Both the position numbers and the translations under genes were made by a program. Under the pieces are notes generated by a model, which worked only from the letters and a program-made list of their open reading frames with translations, ran no database searches and had not been told where the DNA came from. A DNA stretch of 64,000 nt from Nitrospirales bacterium (GTDB lineage: Bacteria > Nitrospirota > Nitrospiria > Nitrospirales > UBA8639): NCBI GenBank assembly GCA_965223295.1, contig CBDCWC010000003.1, forward strand, positions 800,001 through 864,000. The letters are read 5' to 3'. Positions 60,112-64,000 of the stretch are shown one piece after another. The stretch's first letter is position 1. Every line of letters starts with the position of its first letter.

Positions 60112-60731
60112 TCACCCGTCTCCAATCGTTCCCACACTTGCCGGGGATCTAGTGCCGCTCCTGCGGCGGCCATTGAAAGTAACAAGGCCGCAAAAGAGTA
60201 AAGAGCCGTTCCAGGAACAATGGTGGCAAAATCATTGATTTTGACGATGGCCACGATCACCCCTAACATATAGACATCAACCATCGCCCATGGACGCAGC
60301 GCCTCCACAATCCGAAAGATTTTCGCGGCATGCCAGGAACGCTGTTTCAGTTTTATCGGAATCAGCACATATAACAACCCTAAAATTTTGAGAAGCGGGA
60401 TCACGATACTGACTAGCAAGACCAAGGTCGCCACGGCCCACATATTTTGACTAAACAAGGCGTTGACCCCCGAAAACAGGACGCTATCCTGCACACGCCC
60501 CTCATATTTAAATGTCATAAAGGGAAAAACATTGGCGAGAATAAAGAAAATCACTGCCGTCAGTGAAAAAATGAGTGTGTGGTCCAAGCTATCGGACCTC
60601 TTTCGATAGAGTACCGCTCCGCATCGAGAGCAAAGAGCTCGTTGGCCACTTCGCAGGATCCGCTGTCGATGCAACAAATCACAATCCTGACAGGCAATAA
60701 TCAAATGTCGAGGCAGGTTATCCATTCCCAT
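60108..60731 (-). CDS. pqiA: PqiA family protein (N-half type)
   Basis: CQDCDLL, CSRCG, ANVFPF, PWAMVDVYMLG. Confidence 0.9.
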   Translation of the reverse strand: MGMDNLPRHLIIACQDCDLLHRQRILRSGQRALCSRCGAVLYRKRSDSLDHTLIFSLTAVIFFILANVFPFMTFKYEGRVQDSVLFSGVNALFSQNMWAVATLVLLVSIVIPLLKILGLLYVLIPIKLKQRSWHAAKIFRIVEALRPWAMVDVYMLGVIVAIVKINDFATIVPGTALYSFAALLLSMAAAGAALDPRQVWERLETGE

Positions 60732-60946
60732 GATATTTTAATAATTCTTTGGCTTGAAGCAAGGGAAATGCTGATCGAGAAGAGCTGAATCGCCAACTGC
60801 CTAGGCTGATACGCTGTATAAATTCTTTGCCTAGGAGCTACGCATATCTTTTTAAACGAACAGTTCCCCCATTTATTTTGGATAAATATCTAGAAATTTG
60901 CTTATTGCCCCACAAAAAACGTCGCCCCCTACTGCACCCGTGGGCT

Positions 60947-60973
60947 TGTTACACTTTGTTACAAAGTTTTACG
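60947..60973. promoter_or_regulatory. OmpR/CpxR-type direct-repeat binding site
   Basis: tgTTACa-N3-tgTTACa-N3-ttTTACg, 10-bp period, upstream of the Spy/CpxP gene. Confidence 0.55.
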
Positions 60974-61063
60974 ATTGTGAGAAGATCTCCAATTTGGTGA
61001 ATGGTAGCGTGTGTGATGACAGATCACAATGATTTATTCATCATCACACAAAGGAGAGATCTC

Positions 61064-61564
61064 ATGAAAAAACGAATTCTCATTTTCAGCATCGCGGGCT
61101 TGATGTTACTTGGTACCGTTATTGCCGTTGGTGCATCGAAAAGCCATTCCGGGTGGTGCGACTCACATGACGGAGGCTTCATGTCGTCTCACTGGGGAAA
61201 ACGTCACGATGGTCAACGTAAGATTGATCGCATCACAGAAAAACTGGATTTAAACGAGACACAGAAGGCCAAACTTGAGGGGGTGCAAGAGTCTTTGCAG
61301 GAGGCCCGTCAAGTCATGTCCCAGGCCAGGGTTCAAACCTTCGATGAGGTTCTCGATCTGATTTCCAGTGACACGCTCGACCAGAGCCGCGTCCAAGGCA
61401 TCGTGAAACGGCATCAAGCGATTGTGGAGGACTTCACCCCAGAGGTAACCGCCAAGATTGCTGACTTTCACGCCGTCTTAACTCCGGAACAAAAGTCCAA
61501 AGCGGCAGAATTCTTACAGAAATGGAAGGACCGCTTTGAGAATCGGAGAAAGTCTCAAACTTAA
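61064..61564 (+). CDS. Spy/CpxP family periplasmic protein
   Basis: AAGGAG RBS, signal peptide, LDLNETQK and VLTPEQK (LTxxQ) motifs. Confidence 0.85.
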   Translation: MKKRILIFSIAGLMLLGTVIAVGASKSHSGWCDSHDGGFMSSHWGKRHDGQRKIDRITEKLDLNETQKAKLEGVQESLQEARQVMSQARVQTFDEVLDLISSDTLDQSRVQGIVKRHQAIVEDFTPEVTAKIADFHAVLTPEQKSKAAEFLQKWKDRFENRRKSQT

Positions 61565-61575
61565 TGCCAAAGAAG

Positions 61576-61609
61576 GATGGGGAAGGCTGAAGCCTTCCCC
61601 ATCATTTTT
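61576..61609 (+). terminator. Hairpin/terminator between the Spy gene and the response regulator
   Basis: gatggggaaggc-tgaa-gccttccccatc followed by attttt. Confidence 0.7.
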
Positions 61610-61625
61610 GTAGCCCTAAGCTCTT

Positions 61626-62365
61626 ATGCCCATCACCGTTTTAATCATTGATGATGATCACAAGCTTAATGAGTTGCTGAAAGACTACCTCAGTCCCTTT
61701 GGAATGAGGGTATTGACCTCAGAACATCCTAATCAAGGCCTGACCCTGTTCCGGCAAAAGAACCCATCGCTGATTATTCTGGATCTGATGCTTCCGGAAA
61801 AAGATGGCTTTACCGTTTGTCGGGAAATCCGGAAAGAAAGCACCGTGCCGATCATCATGCTGACGGCCCGCGGCGATCTTCCCGACCGTATCGTGGGACT
61901 CGAAATTGGGGCTGACGACTATCTCGCCAAGCCCTTTGAACCACGAGAGCTCGTCGCAAGAATCCAAAGTGTGTTGCGACGGAGCGATGTCGAAGTGAGC
62001 CATCATTCGACGGCTGGTCGGATCCAAGTTGACGAATTGACTGTCGATCTTCGTAAGCAGACAGTCTTACTAAAGGGCCATCCTCTGGATCTGACTACCA
62101 TGGAATTTGAATCCTAGCCCTGTTCCTCAAGAATCCTGAGGCCGTACTAAGCCGAGAAGAAATGATGGACCGCATCCGTGGGATCGACTGGGAAGCTTAT
62201 AACCGTTCTATCGATGTGGCGATCAGTCGTCTACGCCAAAAGTTGCAAGATGACCCCAAACGACCACGCTATATCAAAACCATCTGGGGTGCTGGCTATC
62301 AATTTCTGCCGATCCCACGTCCTGTGGATATGGAGTTCCCGCCTGGCTCGGTTCATGAAAAGTGA
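61626..62365 (+). pseudogene. OmpR/CpxR-family response regulator interrupted by a single-base frameshift near 62110 (or a sequencing error)
   Basis: Receiver domain frame stops at 62117; wHTH (ILALFLKNP..VLSREE..RSIDVAISRLRQK..IKTIWGAGY) continues in the -1 frame. Confidence 0.85.
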
Positions 62366-63690
62366 TGAGACTCCTTCGCCAACGTTCCATTTTCGTCAAA
62401 CTCCTTCTCATTTTTCTGGCTACCGCTGTTGCCCTCGTTCTCGTCATCCGCGGGTTTTTTTTCATTGGACTTGATCAAAGTCAGAGTTTCAAAGTGGACT
62501 TGTTCAGAAACTTGTCTAAATACTCCCTTCAACTCGTCCAAGAAATCGGGACTCCGCCGGATGAGAAGCGGGCAAGAGCTCTAGCCAATGAATTGGGCGT
62601 CCAGTTTCGCATGAAGAGCAGTACAGAAACATGGTCAACGGATCCAACCCTTCCTCCTATGTCAGCATTGACGATTGAGGAGAGCTTTTCCAATTCCACC
62701 ACACAGGTTGGACGCTATCGTCGACATCCTTTCGTGCTCATCAACCAAGATAGCATCCAGTATGCCTTATTTTTTCTTCACCGCCCCTTTGGAGAACTCC
62801 CAGCTTGGAGCTTCTTAGGGTTAGCGGGTGTGGTCGGACTCATTATTGGAGCCTGCTATATGGCAGTTCATCGCCTGTTTCGACCACTCCGTTGGCTGAA
62901 CGAAGGGGTGGAGAAAATTGCCAAGGGACAATTCGAACATCAGGTCCCCGTAGGATCAGCTGATGAACTTGGCCGACTAACACAGGCATTCAATGAAATG
63001 GCACAACACGTGAACGAGATGATTCAAGCGCGTGACCGGCTGTTACTGGATGTGAGCCATGAACTCCGTTCGCCCTTAACACGGATGAAGCTGGCGATTG
63101 AAATGCTAGAAGATCAATCTGCCAAGGGGAACCTTCAGCTGGAGATTCGAGAATTAGAAGCCATGGTGACTGAGTTATTGGAATCAGAACGGCTTAACAG
63201 TGAGCTTGGCGGACTTACGTTAACTCCGATAGATCTTGTCCCTATCGTGAAAGAATTGGCTGAATCCTACGCCTCAGTTGGACCAGGTGCTCAGCTTGTG
63301 TCAGCACCACAGAATGTCCGCCTACCACTCGATCCTCATCGTGTCCAGATCGCCATACGAAATGTCATCGACAACGCCCTGAAATATTCTCGTCCTGAGT
63401 TAGGTCCTGTCAGACTTCGACTTGACGTCAACAGAGACGAGGCTCTTGTCTCGGTAGAAGACCACGGCATAGGAATACCAGTAGAGGATCAGTCGCGCAT
63501 TTTCGAACCCTTTTACCGGATAGACCCGTCGCGAACTAGAAACACGGGCGGGTATGGTCTGGGGCTAAGTCTTGTGAAGAAAATTATGGTTGCGCATGGA
63601 GGCGAGGTTGCCGTACAAAGCCAATCTGGACGCGGGAGCACATTCACGCTCAGATTCCCGATTGTCTCCACAGAAGTTCCTCGCCAATAA
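62362..63690 (+). CDS. HAMP-domain sensor histidine kinase (CpxA/BaeS-like)
   Basis: Two TMs, HAMP, SHELRSPL, NVIDNALKY, DHGIGI, GYGLGL. Confidence 0.93.
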   Translation: MMRLLRQRSIFVKLLLIFLATAVALVLVIRGFFFIGLDQSQSFKVDLFRNLSKYSLQLVQEIGTPPDEKRARALANELGVQFRMKSSTETWSTDPTLPPMSALTIEESFSNSTTQVGRYRRHPFVLINQDSIQYALFFLHRPFGELPAWSFLGLAGVVGLIIGACYMAVHRLFRPLRWLNEGVEKIAKGQFEHQVPVGSADELGRLTQAFNEMAQHVNEMIQARDRLLLDVSHELRSPLTRMKLAIEMLEDQSAKGNLQLEIRELEAMVTELLESERLNSELGGLTLTPIDLVPIVKELAESYASVGPGAQLVSAPQNVRLPLDPHRVQIAIRNVIDNALKYSRPELGPVRLRLDVNRDEALVSVEDHGIGIPVEDQSRIFEPFYRIDPSRTRNTGGYGLGLSLVKKIMVAHGGEVAVQSQSGRGSTFTLRFPIVSTEVPRQ

Positions 63691-64000
63691 ATTAGACGAA
63701 TGGTTCTTTCATGGTCGATGCGTACCACGTTGCAGAGGTTTGTGGAGAGAGATAAGACCACGCATCGCAAAATTGAGTATAGAGAGACACACTACTCGAC
63801 AGTCAGAGGACATAGGGGGGAAAATCTTTCACGGCGCAAATTTTTGATTGATGGTCGTGTGGGAGAAATTTGTTTTTAAAACGTGTTTAGAATGGGAGAT
63901 CATGGAAAGCTAAGAAAGTCAGATAAGTTTTTTGACTATACGGGCCAACAAAATTCAGATGTGTAAAGGGAAACTATTTGAAGATGGGGTAGAACTACGC

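Noticed and set aside
59473-60731. pqiA as a broken gene
   Set aside because: Two overlapping single-domain PqiA genes are a common natural arrangement and both halves look complete

Overview
Bacterial chromosomal window, most likely from Nitrospirales (inferred from the five-subunit pyruvate:ferredoxin oxidoreductase operon and Nitrospira-type dispersed repeats). 1-22 kb: DNA repair, oxidative-stress and Fe-S genes (DUF559-MPG fusion, OYE, perR-rbr-Fe-S oxidoreductase-DUF3501, erpA, peroxiredoxin, PBP1A, the ISC operon with a divergent fdx, hflKC). 22.7-44.2 kb: an accessory secretion/signalling locus with TpsB, an OmpA-like protein, DUF928, a TPR-CHAT protease, two toxin-antitoxin pairs, an FHA-like TpsA, an AT-rich lipoprotein/metzincin cassette, a GAF-sigma54 activator, a CHASE2 nucleotide cyclase, a GAF histidine kinase and a class II cNMP phosphodiesterase. 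Several sigma54 promoter motifs and a candidate enhancer lie inside this locus. It is the best candidate for an undescribed system. 44.8-64 kb: tRNA-Asn, the por operon, cysQ, trmFO-xerC-hslVU-argB, pqiABC and a Spy/CpxP gene with a two-component system whose regulator is frameshifted. Modular MITE-like and REP-like repeats occur throughout. All family calls come from motif recognition by eye; no database searches were run.
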